From an uncultured Nitrospiraceae bacterium (GTDB lineage Bacteria > Nitrospirota > Thermodesulfovibrionia > Thermodesulfovibrionales > Dissulfurispiraceae), in NCBI GenBank assembly GCA_963705105.1, contig CAVPIW010000008.1, forward strand, positions 48,585 through 112,584: a stretch of DNA of 64,000 nucleotides, given 5' to 3'. Positions 50,604 to 60,118 of this stretch are shown here, piece by piece. A program made the translations under genes and the position numbers. Under the pieces are notes generated by a model that was not told where the DNA came from, did no database searches, and saw only the letters and a list, made by a program, of their open reading frames with translations. Positions within the stretch are counted from its first letter, which is position 1, and every line of letters starts with the position of its first letter.

Positions 50604-51782
50604 TTACTTGGTCATTATCTGGATGCTGAAGAGTATCTCATAGAACGGTGTGTCCGGCCTCTTTCTCACGACAGCCAGCGAAGTGAAGGAATCCGTTTCG
50701 GGTATCCTGACGCCGGCGAGCACATGGTGCGCACGCTCATGGACGGGATTGACCTGAATTGTTGCGGACTCTTTTCTCTCGCCCTGTGACGGCTTTTCTC
50801 CCGGCGGGTCCAGGACGAAGGAGAGTTTCTTTTCCTGCGTCGTCTCATGTGAAGCCTGAATGTTGTATATAACCGCTACCTCCACCCGATCAGACTGAGG
50901 ACAACAATGTGTAATATAGAGGTGGATATTTTGCTCCCCTTTCATGAGAACGACTTTGTCCCCCTGTCGCACCTCACCAAAGTCGAAGTACCCGGGTCGC
51001 GTTTCTATTGTCAGCCTCAGCGCGCCGACCCTGGGAGAGCAGCCGCCGAACAGGTTGTCACGATATCCCGTCAATTGAGCACTGTTGTTTGATGTCGTCT
51101 CCTCGGCCACCTCACTGGACGCCGCCACGGCGAAGTAGACTATGCAAACCGATTCAGGCCACTCGATCTCACGCCGACTGGGGACCAGTCGCATCTCCTC
51201 TCCCTGTTCGAGGGAAATAGACTTCTGGAAACTCTTGCCGAATGAAACGTGGGCTCCCTGGAGCCGATCGAGGGCGATGACGTTCAGGGTGACCGGTCCC
51301 TCGAACCGCGATCCCCTGTTCTTCAGAGTAAACCCGATCACGTCGAGGTATTTGCCCTCAAAGAGCCCAAGGGCCTTCAGATCCGTCACCACCAGATCGG
51401 GTTTGGCAGGCGCCTCAATAACACGTACCTGCACGACATCTCTCTCAGAGTAAAGCTTTCCGTCGCTGACCGTCAGCGCAACCACATATGTCCCTTTTTT
51501 CGATGCCAGGAATGTTGCTGTTTTGCCGAACCGGTTTTGAAGGACCTCTTTGCCTGCTCCTTCAGGCGCGGCGAGCAACTCCCAGAGAAAGGAGAGCGAA
51601 TGTCCCTCAGGGTCGAAGCTTCCCGACCCGTCAAGAAAGACCAATTCTCCCGGGAAGCACAGCTGGTCCATACCCCCTTTGGCGATTGGCGGTTTGTTTG
51701 GTCCCGGAACTTCAGCGGCCTGACAGGGGATAATGGACAAGAGCATGAGGATGAGGACGGCGGCAAACAATGTTTTTTTCAC
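50604..51782 (-). CDS. Secreted PKD/CARDB-like domain protein
   Basis: SD AAGGAGG plus GTG, signal peptide, N.PP.A..G.DQ..LDGSGSFDPEG..L.F.W, PDLVV..N.G..E....NN. Confidence 0.8.
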   Translation of the reverse strand: MKKTLFAAVLILMLLSIIPCQAAEVPGPNKPPIAKGGMDQLCFPGELVFLDGSGSFDPEGHSLSFLWELLAAPEGAGKEVLQNRFGKTATFLASKKGTYVVALTVSDGKLYSERDVVQVRVIEAPAKPDLVVTDLKALGLFEGKYLDVIGFTLKNRGSRFEGPVTLNVIALDRLQGAHVSFGKSFQKSISLEQGEEMRLVPSRREIEWPESVCIVYFAVAASSEVAEETTSNNSAQLTGYRDNLFGGCSPRVGALRLTIETRPGYFDFGEVRQGDKVVLMKGEQNIHLYITHCCPQSDRVEVAVIYNIQASHETTQEKKLSFVLDPPGEKPSQGERKESATIQVNPVHERAHHVLAGVRIPETDSFTSLAVVRKRPDTPFYEILFSIQIMTK

Positions 51783-52209
51783 GGATGCCTCCTTGCGGCG
51801 CAGTGGACAGTCATACAAATCGCGGACCCCAAAGGGTTCATTCTCCTATACAGCATCTCCATTCTTACCCCATGTATAACCGATAAGTAGGCGGGTGTCA
51901 ACAGGAAAATATTGTGTCGGGATCCAATGGTCTGGCGTTTGCACTATGTCGGTGGTGCCTAAAGGCGGTCAGCATTGAGATCGACGCATTGTTAGCGAAA
52001 GTCCTGAGGGAAGGGAGGAGACGGCGTAGGGGTAAAATGAAACCTTTAATCGGAAGGCTTCTTGTAAACGCACTTGCTGTACACATTCAAAAGGTGCACT
52101 TCCTCGTATGCAAATAAAACCTCATCAACGAGTGAAGCAACCAAGAATGATATTTTCCGAGGGAACGGCGTGGACGAGGTGAAAAGGACATTTAGGATTT
52201 ACGGGTTAT

Positions 52210-52980
52210 TCACTCCCCCACCTCCATCACATCCGACTCCTCATAGCGGCTTGCGATATGGATTGGAAGCTCGTTGCCGACTATGCTCCGATGGGTTTCG
52301 AGGGCGAGGGCAGGGTAGTTGTTCTCCGCCGAGAGGTGGGCGAGGCAGGCCCACCGGAGGCGGGAGCCGGCCACCCTGAGCAGCTCCGCCGACTCGGCGT
52401 TCGACAGGTGCCCCCGGGGGCCCCGGATGCGGTTCTTGAGGAACTCGGGGTACGAGCTGTGGCTGAGCATGTCCGGGTCGTAGTTGCTCTCGATGATGAC
52501 GGCGTCAAGGGTCGAGACGGCGTTCACGAGCCTCTCGCAGACATGGCCGAGGTCGGTCAGGATGCCGAGGCGGAGTCCTTCCGATGAAATGACGAAGGCT
52601 GCTCCCTCTTCACCGTCGTGGTTTGTCGGCACCGTCTCGACGGCGAGGCCGTCGAACTCGATGACGTCGCCGGGCAGAAAGTCACAGACCTTCTTCATCG
52701 CGCCGAGGCGATGTCTCATGACGGCGCAGGAGTGTGTTCCAGGCGACATAAAGACGGGCAGGCCGAACTTCCGGTGGAACACGCCGGCGTATCGGACGTG
52801 GTCCCCGTGGTCATGGGAGATGATGACGGCATCGACGTCCCTGATATTTCGCCCATGCCGGGCGAGCCTGCTTTCCGCCAGGGCCCCGCAGATGCCGGCA
52901 TCGAAGAGGAGGCGGACGCCCGATGCCTCGACATAGATGCAGTTACCGTTGCTGCCCGACTGAAGGGAGATGGCGATCAT
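52210..52980 (-). CDS. MBL-fold hydrolase (WalJ/YycJ-like)
   Basis: SGSNGN, SHDHGDH, TDLG, IESNYD, GHLSN, AHLS.ENN. Confidence 0.9.
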   Translation of the reverse strand: MIAISLQSGSNGNCIYVEASGVRLLFDAGICGALAESRLARHGRNIRDVDAVIISHDHGDHVRYAGVFHRKFGLPVFMSPGTHSCAVMRHRLGAMKKVCDFLPGDVIEFDGLAVETVPTNHDGEEGAAFVISSEGLRLGILTDLGHVCERLVNAVSTLDAVIIESNYDPDMLSHSSYPEFLKNRIRGPRGHLSNAESAELLRVAGSRLRWACLAHLSAENNYPALALETHRSIVGNELPIHIASRYEESDVMEVGE

Positions 52981-54848
52981 GGTCCGGCCGGCTCCTCGCA
53001 GGTGAGGAGTTCAGCCTCGAATTCCTTCGCCCGTGCATCGTGTTCGTCGGTGAGGTCGGCCAGCTCCCCGAAGAGGCGGTCTATCCGCTCTTTGGCCTCG
53101 TGAATGGACTTCGAAAGGCCTGCCAGCTCCTGCCAGTTGCCCTTTTCCGAGGCGATGACGAGCCGGTTCGTGTCCCGGTCCGTCTCCTTTTCGAGCCTTA
53201 CGATCTCCTCTTCCGCCGCTGCAATCCTCTCCTTCAGGGACCCGAGCGCTTTCGACCGCCGCGTGATGATGTCGGCGCGCATGCGGCGCAGGTCCTTCCT
53301 GGTCGCAGCCTTCCGGTCCCTCTCCGCCGGCAGTCCCTCGGCAGGCTTTGTCTCCTCCTGCTGCCACCCGATCCGGTTCAGAAAGTCCTCATAGGTCCCC
53401 TCGAAGACCCTGACCGTCCCGTCGTCGAAAACGACGAGCCGCGTGGCGACGGCCTTCAGGATCATCTCGCTGTGGGTGACGATGATGATGGCGCCGTCGA
53501 AGTCATCGAGGGCCTCCAGCAGGGCGTCCACGGATTCCATATCGAGGTGGTTCGTCGGCTCGTCGAGGAGGAGGAGATTGGAGGGCGTCGCGAGGAGTTT
53601 TCCGAGGGCCACCCTGCTCCGCTCTCCGCCGGACAGGAGCGAGATTTTCTTCAGGGCGTTGTCGCCGTCGAACATCATAATGCCGCAGACCGTCCTCACC
53701 TGGGTGCGGCTTCTCGACGGGTCCGCGGACTGCACCTCCTCTTCGACGGTCGCTCCGGGGTCGAGGAGGTCGATCTTGGTTTGGCTGAAGTGGCCCAGTT
53801 TCATGTGGGGATGGCGGCGGACCTCTCCCCGCACGGGCGGGAGTTCTCCGGCGAGGACATTGAGAAGGGTGGTTTTGCCTTTTCCGTTCATGCCGATGAT
53901 CCCGATCCTGTCACCCTTGGCGACGGTGAGATTGAGACCTTCGAAGAGGAGCGGGCCTGGGGGGGCGTACGTAAAGGCGACGTCCTCCGCGTCGAGGAGC
54001 CACTTGCCGGCAAAGGGGGCGCTCGTAAAGGAGAAGTCGAGGGTCCTGATCTGCGTGAGCTGGTCGAGCTTTTCCCGCTTGCCGAGGGCCTTGATTTTTG
54101 ACTGCACAGCCCTGGCCCTCGTCGCCTGGGCCCTGAAACGGTTGATGAACTGCTCCACCTCCTTCCGTCTCTTTTCGTCGTTCAGCCGCGTCTTCTCGTA
54201 GACCTCCTCTTCAAGGAGAATCTGATCGTAGTACTTCCCCGTCGGACCGGCGACCTTCCGGACCTTGCCGCGGTGGATGCCCATGGTGTGGGTGGTAACG
54301 CTGTCCATGAAGGAGCGGTCATGGGTGATGACGATGAGCTCGTTCCGCCAATACCGGAGAAACCGGGCGAGCCAGCGGATGGAGACGATGTCGAGGTAAT
54401 TTGTCGGCTCGTCCAGCAGCAGGAGGTTCGGCTCGGTGATGAGGAGCTTTGCAAGATTCAGCCGGACCTGATAGCCCGACGACAGGGCCCAGGGACTCCG
54501 CGGGAAGTCATCTTCGGAGAACCCGAGACCGAGGAGGATCGCCTTGACCCTGTATGATTCGTCCTTTCCGTCCTCCCCCGTGCCGAGATGGAGACAGCCC
54601 TCGCCGAGGACGGTTTCCTTTGTGAAATCGGTGTGCTGCGACAGGTGGCCGATACGATAGTCGTTCGGGATGCCGATGACGCCGTCGTCGGGCCGTTCCT
54701 CGCCGATGATCAGACGGAAGAGGGTTGTCTTGCCGGAGCCGTTCCTCCCGACGAGGCCGATCCGTTCACCGGGACTGACGGTGAAGGAAACGTCGTCGAA
54801 GATCACCTGCCTGCCGTAGGCCTTGCTGAGCCGGGAGGCCTGTATCAT
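52977..54848 (-). CDS. ABC-F family ATPase
   Basis: Two ABC domains (GRNGSGKT, GMNGKGKT, LDEPTN x2), no TM, C-terminal coiled coil; ATGA overlaps at both ends. Confidence 0.93.
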   Translation of the reverse strand: MIQASRLSKAYGRQVIFDDVSFTVSPGERIGLVGRNGSGKTTLFRLIIGEERPDDGVIGIPNDYRIGHLSQHTDFTKETVLGEGCLHLGTGEDGKDESYRVKAILLGLGFSEDDFPRSPWALSSGYQVRLNLAKLLITEPNLLLLDEPTNYLDIVSIRWLARFLRYWRNELIVITHDRSFMDSVTTHTMGIHRGKVRKVAGPTGKYYDQILLEEEVYEKTRLNDEKRRKEVEQFINRFRAQATRARAVQSKIKALGKREKLDQLTQIRTLDFSFTSAPFAGKWLLDAEDVAFTYAPPGPLLFEGLNLTVAKGDRIGIIGMNGKGKTTLLNVLAGELPPVRGEVRRHPHMKLGHFSQTKIDLLDPGATVEEEVQSADPSRSRTQVRTVCGIMMFDGDNALKKISLLSGGERSRVALGKLLATPSNLLLLDEPTNHLDMESVDALLEALDDFDGAIIIVTHSEMILKAVATRLVVFDDGTVRVFEGTYEDFLNRIGWQQEETKPAEGLPAERDRKAATRKDLRRMRADIITRRSKALGSLKERIAAAEEEIVRLEKETDRDTNRLVIASEKGNWQELAGLSKSIHEAKERIDRLFGELADLTDEHDARAKEFEAELLTCEEPAGP

Positions 54849-55657
54849 GCCCTCTGCACGAGTGTCATGGCGCCGGTAGGGCAGTGCCTCCGGCAGAGGC
54901 CGCAGCCGAAGCAACGGTCAGCCAGGACGACAGCTTTGAAAGAGCCCTGCTCCTGCACGGATTCAATGGCGCCGAACTGGCATTGGGGGGCGCAGAGGCC
55001 ACAGCCGTCACAGAGTTCAGCGTTCACGGCGGCCGCCTGCTCGGCCCTCGCCATGGTCTCGACGCCGATGCCCGCAAGGGTGCGCATGGCGAGGCAGTCT
55101 TCGAGGGAGCAGTTGCAGACGGCGCCGATGAAGGGCGTCATCATCGTCCAGATGGTGTGCACCGCGCCGTGGTCTTCAAGGCTGTCCATCTGGACAACGG
55201 CTTCCTCGGGGGCAAGGGACTCGAGTCCTTCATCGTGGGCCATGCCGAAATAGGCCATGTCTATGTCCTTGTACCACGGGTCGGGTCCGTAGCTGATCCC
55301 GTAGCAGCAGCGCTCCTCTTTCCCCTTCGTCGCCCAGCGGCAGGCGCAGGGCATCCTGACGACGGTCCGGGACTGAAGCACGAGGTCCCGTATCTCCTCG
55401 ATCGGCAGCACCTGACCGAAGTGCTCCGTTTTCGCGCGCTCGACCATCGCCTTCACGACCGGATCGGGGAGCCGGCCCTTGCGCCGGAAGATCGTTTCGA
55501 GGCGGCCGAGGGTCCTGAATCCCTCGTCGATGGTCGTCCTGAGGAAGCCTTCGATGTATTTCCTGCGCTTCAGGTCCGACAGGAGGTCCTGGGCGTAGTT
55601 CGCCGCGTTGCGGTACCAGACCTTACCGTCGCCGTGCTTGGTACAGAACTCACACAT
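54845..55657 (-). CDS. 4Fe-4S dicluster domain protein
   Basis: MCEFC.KHG N-terminus, CACR, CNC, two CxxCxxCxxxC motifs. Confidence 0.88.
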   Translation of the reverse strand: MCEFCTKHGDGKVWYRNAANYAQDLLSDLKRRKYIEGFLRTTIDEGFRTLGRLETIFRRKGRLPDPVVKAMVERAKTEHFGQVLPIEEIRDLVLQSRTVVRMPCACRWATKGKEERCCYGISYGPDPWYKDIDMAYFGMAHDEGLESLAPEEAVVQMDSLEDHGAVHTIWTMMTPFIGAVCNCSLEDCLAMRTLAGIGVETMARAEQAAAVNAELCDGCGLCAPQCQFGAIESVQEQGSFKAVVLADRCFGCGLCRRHCPTGAMTLVQRA

Positions 55658-55666
55658 CGTCCGGCC

Positions 55667-56719
55667 TCATGCGAAATAGCCTTTCAGCCGCGATGCGAGT
55701 TCTTCCGGCGTAATGATGATCACCTCGGACTGGAGCACCTTTTGGAGGAAGAAATCGTCGTTCCGGTAGTTTGGATAGACGTTTTGTCTGTTCATGATCT
55801 TCACGAGGCAACGGAACCCGTTTTCTCCGGACGATGCCCTCTCCGAAAAGAGGGTGAAGTTGAAGCTCAGGTGACCCAGTTCTTCAAAAAAGGCGAGGAC
55901 CTTTGAAATCCCCGACGCCAGGTCATGCAGGTCCTGCTCGGAGAGGCGCACGAGGTCGCCCTCCCGCTCATGGACGGCGATGATCTCGTTGCTGCCTGCC
56001 GGCGAGAAGGAAGCCATCCAGTGCCAGGCGCCCTCCTGTTGCACATACCGCTCCGCCCGGTCACGCTCGGCCCTGATGAGGTCGGCGTGATATGCCGTGC
56101 CGTTCCTCCCGTGCCAGGCGCGGCATGCCCCGGAAACCCTCGCCTGGTATGAAAGGGCGACGGGGGTGACGAGCATCTGCAGGTGAGGATGGACGAGGCT
56201 TGCGCCGGCGGGGAAAAGATAGTTCATGTTGATGTTGACGAAGACGGCCGACGGGTCCTTCTCGTAGACGGACCGGAGAAAACTCTGGGACGCCAGGAAA
56301 CTGTCAGAGATAATGTCGGGCGTGAATTCGGAGAGTTTGAGGAAATGGGTCGCGCACATGGAGATGACGGCATGATATGTGCCGAGGGGAAAGAGGTTCG
56401 AAAAGAGGACGGCGTCGCCGGACCGGATCTTGCCTTCGGGAATGAGGTCGAAAGAGAACGGAGAGGCGATCTTGTCGATCTTATCGCAGCAGAAGATGCA
56501 GGTCTTCGCCGATTCCCGGACGAGGGTCTCGACGAGTTGCGGGTCATTCTGACCGAAATAGGTCTTTGCCTTATCCCTGAAGAAGGGGTTGAACACGCTC
56601 GTGTCGCCGAGGAGGGGGTCTTTCCGGATCTCGATGGCGTGGGTGACCTCTTCGAAGTTCTTGAGAGGGTTGAGGAACTTTGCCTCGATAGGGATAATTT
56701 CAAAGGATATGTCGCTCAT
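55667..56719 (-). CDS. GalT-like HIT-superfamily nucleotidyltransferase
   Basis: EIR.DPL.G, CIFC, NLFP, N.NY..PAGASLVHPHLQ (HxHxQ). Confidence 0.82.
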   Translation of the reverse strand: MSDISFEIIPIEAKFLNPLKNFEEVTHAIEIRKDPLLGDTSVFNPFFRDKAKTYFGQNDPQLVETLVRESAKTCIFCCDKIDKIASPFSFDLIPEGKIRSGDAVLFSNLFPLGTYHAVISMCATHFLKLSEFTPDIISDSFLASQSFLRSVYEKDPSAVFVNINMNYLFPAGASLVHPHLQMLVTPVALSYQARVSGACRAWHGRNGTAYHADLIRAERDRAERYVQQEGAWHWMASFSPAGSNEIIAVHEREGDLVRLSEQDLHDLASGISKVLAFFEELGHLSFNFTLFSERASSGENGFRCLVKIMNRQNVYPNYRNDDFFLQKVLQSEVIIITPEELASRLKGYFA

Positions 56720-56802
56720 AAGTCTCTCCGCAGAAGAATTAACGCATTGGTGTCCATAATAACGTGACACGAGGACAGGGCATGATTTCTTCGCATAACA
56801 AA

Positions 56803-57015
56803 CCCTTATCACCGCAATGAGATCTCCCGAAAGACGGGGCGAATGCGCCGAAAAGCATCGGTGCTGCGAAACCTCTGCCTTCCCGTACAGACAATTGCAG
56901 CCAACGATCGATGACAGGTCGAATGAATTCCTGATACACCAATAATAAACAATCATGCTCGCTATCAGCGAGGCTTTGAGGCGTTTTGCCCCGTCTTTTC
57001 GCGCAAGGAAACCGT
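56803..57015 (-). repeat. Rod-like interspersed repeat, diverged short subtype
   Basis: 213 bp; reverse complement aligns with 43751-43963. Confidence 0.85.
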
Positions 57016-57108
57016 GAATTATGCTTCAGAAAACACCCCCTGTCCTCGTTTTTGGGATCCGGTCATATTTACGACACGAGGAGTCGCATGACACGGTGGG
57101 GCGACGAC

Positions 57109-58695
57109 TCAGCTCGGGTAGACCGTCATGCCCCTTTCTCCGCTCACGATCTCGTAGTGCGACATCCAGCCGTCACCCCTGGCCGGAAAGTCAGACCGGT
57201 ACTGGGCGCCGACACTGTTGTTTCGCTCCAGTGCGGCTCTCGTAACCATAAGGGCGACGGTGAGCATGTTCTTCACTTCAAGCCAGCGCCGCGTTTTCAC
57301 AGCGCCGTCCATGTCAGATTCAAGAGCGATCAGCTGATCGAGCCCCTCGTTGAGGGATTCGGCGCAGCGGATGATCCCCGCCTTTTCCCAGGCGATCCTT
57401 CTCAGGGCCGTTCTGATCTCGTCGACGTGGCTCGCTTCTTCCGCAGCCGGGGGCCTGATATCTTCACGCTCTTCCGTGTCAAAAGAGGGATCCGTCACGA
57501 CGATGCCGCCGGGAGTGGACGCGAGCGCGTCCCGGGCGGCCCGGTAACCGTACACAAGTCCTTCGAGCAGGCTGTTGCTGGCGAGCCTGTTCGCCCCGTG
57601 CACGCCTGTGCATGCGGCTTCTCCCGCCGCATAGAGACCGGGGACACTCGTGGCGCCGTTTATATCCGTCTTGATTCCCCCCATGAAATAATGCGCAGCC
57701 GGTGAGACGGGAATCATGTCCCTCGTAATGTCGATGTCGTACTGAAGGCACGTGGCATAGATCATGGGGAAACGCTTCTTTATGAAATCGGCTTTCAGGT
57801 GAGTAAGATCGAGATAGACATAGCCGCTCTGTGTTCTCACAAGCTGGGAGATGATAGCCCGCGACACGATGTCCCTCGGCGCGAGTTCCGCATCGGGGTG
57901 GTAGGACTTCATGAAGGCTTCGCGGTGAATGTTCCTGAGGACCGCGCCTTCTCCCCGCATGGCCTCGCTGAGGAGGAACTGGGGAGCGGACGGTGAATAG
58001 AGGACCGTCGGATGGAACTGGACGAACTCCATGTCTTCGAGAACGGCGCCGGCCCGGTAGGCGATGGCCATGCCGTCTCCCGTTGCAACGGAGGGGTTCG
58101 TCGTGCGCGAATAGACCTGCCCGGCGCCGCCTGTGGCGAGGATCGTCGCCCTCGCCCCGATCGTGACGACCTCCATGTCCATGAGGACCTGGGCGCCTCT
58201 GCATCGTCCGTCATCGATCATGAGGTCTACGGCCATGGAAAAAGGGAACCTCTGCGCCCCTGTCAGCGTTTTCACCTTGCTGATCAGCGCCCGCTCCAGC
58301 TCTTTGCCCGTGGAATCGCCGTGGGCATGGAGAATCCTCCGTCGGGAGTGGGCCGCTTCCCTCGTGAAGGAGAGCTTCGTCCCTTCCCTGTCGAATTCGG
58401 CGCCCCATTCGATCAGCTCCAGGATCCGCTCCGGCCCTTCTTCAACAAGGACGCGAACGGCCTCTTCATTGCAGAGGCCATCTCCCGCCTTGATCGTGTC
58501 TTCGAAATGGATGCCCACCTCGTCCTCGTCGCTGAGGGCCACGGCGACGCCGCCCTGGGCATACTGGGTGCCGCATTCCGTGGGGATGTCCTTTGTCACG
58601 ACGATGACCCGCCCGTGGGGGGCAAGCTCGATGGCCGCCCTCAGGCCGGCCACCCCGCCGCCGATGATGAGAAAATCACAGTTCAGGTGACGCAT
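57109..58695 (-). CDS. nadB: L-aspartate oxidase
   Basis: GGGVAGL, YAQGG, EAAHSRRRILH, QFHPT, ELAPRD, AHY.MGG, HGANRLASNSLLE; alternative GTG start at 58725. Confidence 0.95.
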   Translation of the reverse strand: MRHLNCDFLIIGGGVAGLRAAIELAPHGRVIVVTKDIPTECGTQYAQGGVAVALSDEDEVGIHFEDTIKAGDGLCNEEAVRVLVEEGPERILELIEWGAEFDREGTKLSFTREAAHSRRRILHAHGDSTGKELERALISKVKTLTGAQRFPFSMAVDLMIDDGRCRGAQVLMDMEVVTIGARATILATGGAGQVYSRTTNPSVATGDGMAIAYRAGAVLEDMEFVQFHPTVLYSPSAPQFLLSEAMRGEGAVLRNIHREAFMKSYHPDAELAPRDIVSRAIISQLVRTQSGYVYLDLTHLKADFIKKRFPMIYATCLQYDIDITRDMIPVSPAAHYFMGGIKTDINGATSVPGLYAAGEAACTGVHGANRLASNSLLEGLVYGYRAARDALASTPGGIVVTDPSFDTEEREDIRPPAAEEASHVDEIRTALRRIAWEKAGIIRCAESLNEGLDQLIALESDMDGAVKTRRWLEVKNMLTVALMVTRAALERNNSVGAQYRSDFPARGDGWMSHYEIVSGERGMTVYPS

Positions 58696-58777
58696 AAGTT
58701 CAGCGGACCGTTCTCCGGGATTCACATCTGACGATACAGACGGTGCTATTCATGCTCATCATTTTACCATACCGTTC

Positions 58778-58806
58778 TTGACAAATACCCTTGTATTCAC
58801 TAAAAT
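58778..58806 (+). promoter_or_regulatory. Putative sigma70 promoter
   Basis: TTGACA-17-TAAAAT. Confidence 0.65.
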
Positions 58807-58880
58807 CCGACTGTGTCACAGATCGACTGATGCACGGAGACCCCGATCTCCTCAGTCCATCAATCCAGGAGGAAGAAAGA

Positions 58881-59378
58881 GTGAGCGACAAGGGAAAAGA
58901 GACACTGGCGGAATCTCTGAAAGGATACAAGGAGAAAATCGCCCCTGTGACCAAGGCGACCCTGTCCTGGGAGAGGGACCTCCTCTTCGTCGGCAGGACC
59001 CAACAGGGCTACGAGATCGAGTTCGACGCCCATGTGCAGTGGGGGTGCAAGCCCACGGACGCCCTTCTCCTGAGCCTTGCGGGATGCATGGGTATCGATG
59101 TGGTGAGCTTTCTCCAGAAAATGAAGGCCGAGATCGCGGATTTCAAAATGGATATCGTGGGCGAGCGGAACCCCACACCTCCCCAGTACTACAAATCTGT
59201 GGACATGGTCCTTCATATCGCAGGGAAAAACCTCGATGCCAAAAAGGTGGACAGGGCTGTCGCCCTTTCCCACGAAAGGTATTGCTCCGTGTACAACTCC
59301 CTGAGGAAGGACATGGAGGTGAAGGTCCGGTACACCCTGGAAGAAAGGGAGCCGAAGCCGAAAGAAGCTACCGATTGA
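58881..59378 (+). CDS. OsmC/Ohr family protein
   Basis: SD AGGAGG plus GTG; P..LL..LAGC.G.DV..L.KM, A..LS..RYCSV. Confidence 0.88.
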   Translation: MSDKGKETLAESLKGYKEKIAPVTKATLSWERDLLFVGRTQQGYEIEFDAHVQWGCKPTDALLLSLAGCMGIDVVSFLQKMKAEIADFKMDIVGERNPTPPQYYKSVDMVLHIAGKNLDAKKVDRAVALSHERYCSVYNSLRKDMEVKVRYTLEEREPKPKEATD

Positions 59379-60073
59379 TAACGGGTATCGTCATCCCGAC
59401 GGAGCTTGAGGCGTCTCTGATCATCGAAGGCCTCGGCGGCGCTTTCACAACGATACAGAGGAAGCGCTTCTATCAGGGTGCCCTGGCAGAAGACACAGTG
59501 ATCGTGCTCTGCATCTGCGGCATCGGCAAGGCGAATGCCGCCCACGGAACGACCCTCCTGATCGAATATCACAGTCCTGACCTTGTCTGCACACTCGGCG
59601 TTGCCGGCGCCTATCCGTCGTCGGGGCTGGTGGTGGGCGATCTCGCCGTGGCGGAAAGGGAGATCTACGGCGATGAGGGGCTGCTCCTGAGTGACGGCTT
59701 GAAGACCATGGAATCACTGGACCTGCCCCTCTTTGTGGACGGCATCCGCGAGTTTTATAACGAGTTCCCTCTCATCATACCGGAGCCTTTCGGGGCCGTC
59801 GCGAAAAAGGGGAACTTTGTGACCCTGTCGGGTTGTACGGGCACGATGAGCCGGGCCAGGGAGATCGAGCAGAGGTTCGGCGCAGTCTGTGAGACGATGG
59901 AGGGCGCCGCCGTCGCCCACGTCTGCCGGATCAACGGAATACCGGCCTGCGAAGTCCGCGGCATCAGCAATGTCATTGAGGACCGCGAAGCCCGTCCCCT
60001 CAGCATGCCAGACATCGTCGCCGCCGCCCTCAAAGTCCAGGAATTCTTCCTCTCCTGCGCACACCTCCTATAG
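59375..60073 (+). CDS. mqnB: Futalosine hydrolase
   Basis: GIGKANAA, GVAGAY, EIYGDEG, T.SGCTGT..RA, E.MEGAAVAH, EVRGISN..EDR; TTGA overlap with osmC. Confidence 0.85.
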   Translation: MITGIVIPTELEASLIIEGLGGAFTTIQRKRFYQGALAEDTVIVLCICGIGKANAAHGTTLLIEYHSPDLVCTLGVAGAYPSSGLVVGDLAVAEREIYGDEGLLLSDGLKTMESLDLPLFVDGIREFYNEFPLIIPEPFGAVAKKGNFVTLSGCTGTMSRAREIEQRFGAVCETMEGAAVAHVCRINGIPACEVRGISNVIEDREARPLSMPDIVAAALKVQEFFLSCAHLL

Positions 60074-60118
60074 CTGCAGCATTTTCTCTCCCCTTCGGGC
60101 TAACATAATAAGAAGACA

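Noticed and set aside
56720..56956. N-terminal extension of the GalT-like ORF
   Set aside because: Extension runs through a repeat copy; ATG 56719 has an SD-like GGAGAG
2848..57015. Rod repeats as CRISPR repeats or canonical integron attC sites
   Set aside because: Copies are dispersed, over 200 bp and lack spacer periodicity; ends read GTTGCA...TGCAAC rather than RYYYAAC...GTTRRRY; no cas or intI gene
58778..59374. 431-aa ORF as a single long protein
   Set aside because: Upstream part overlaps the real osmC gene in another frame; MqnB similarity starts at 59375
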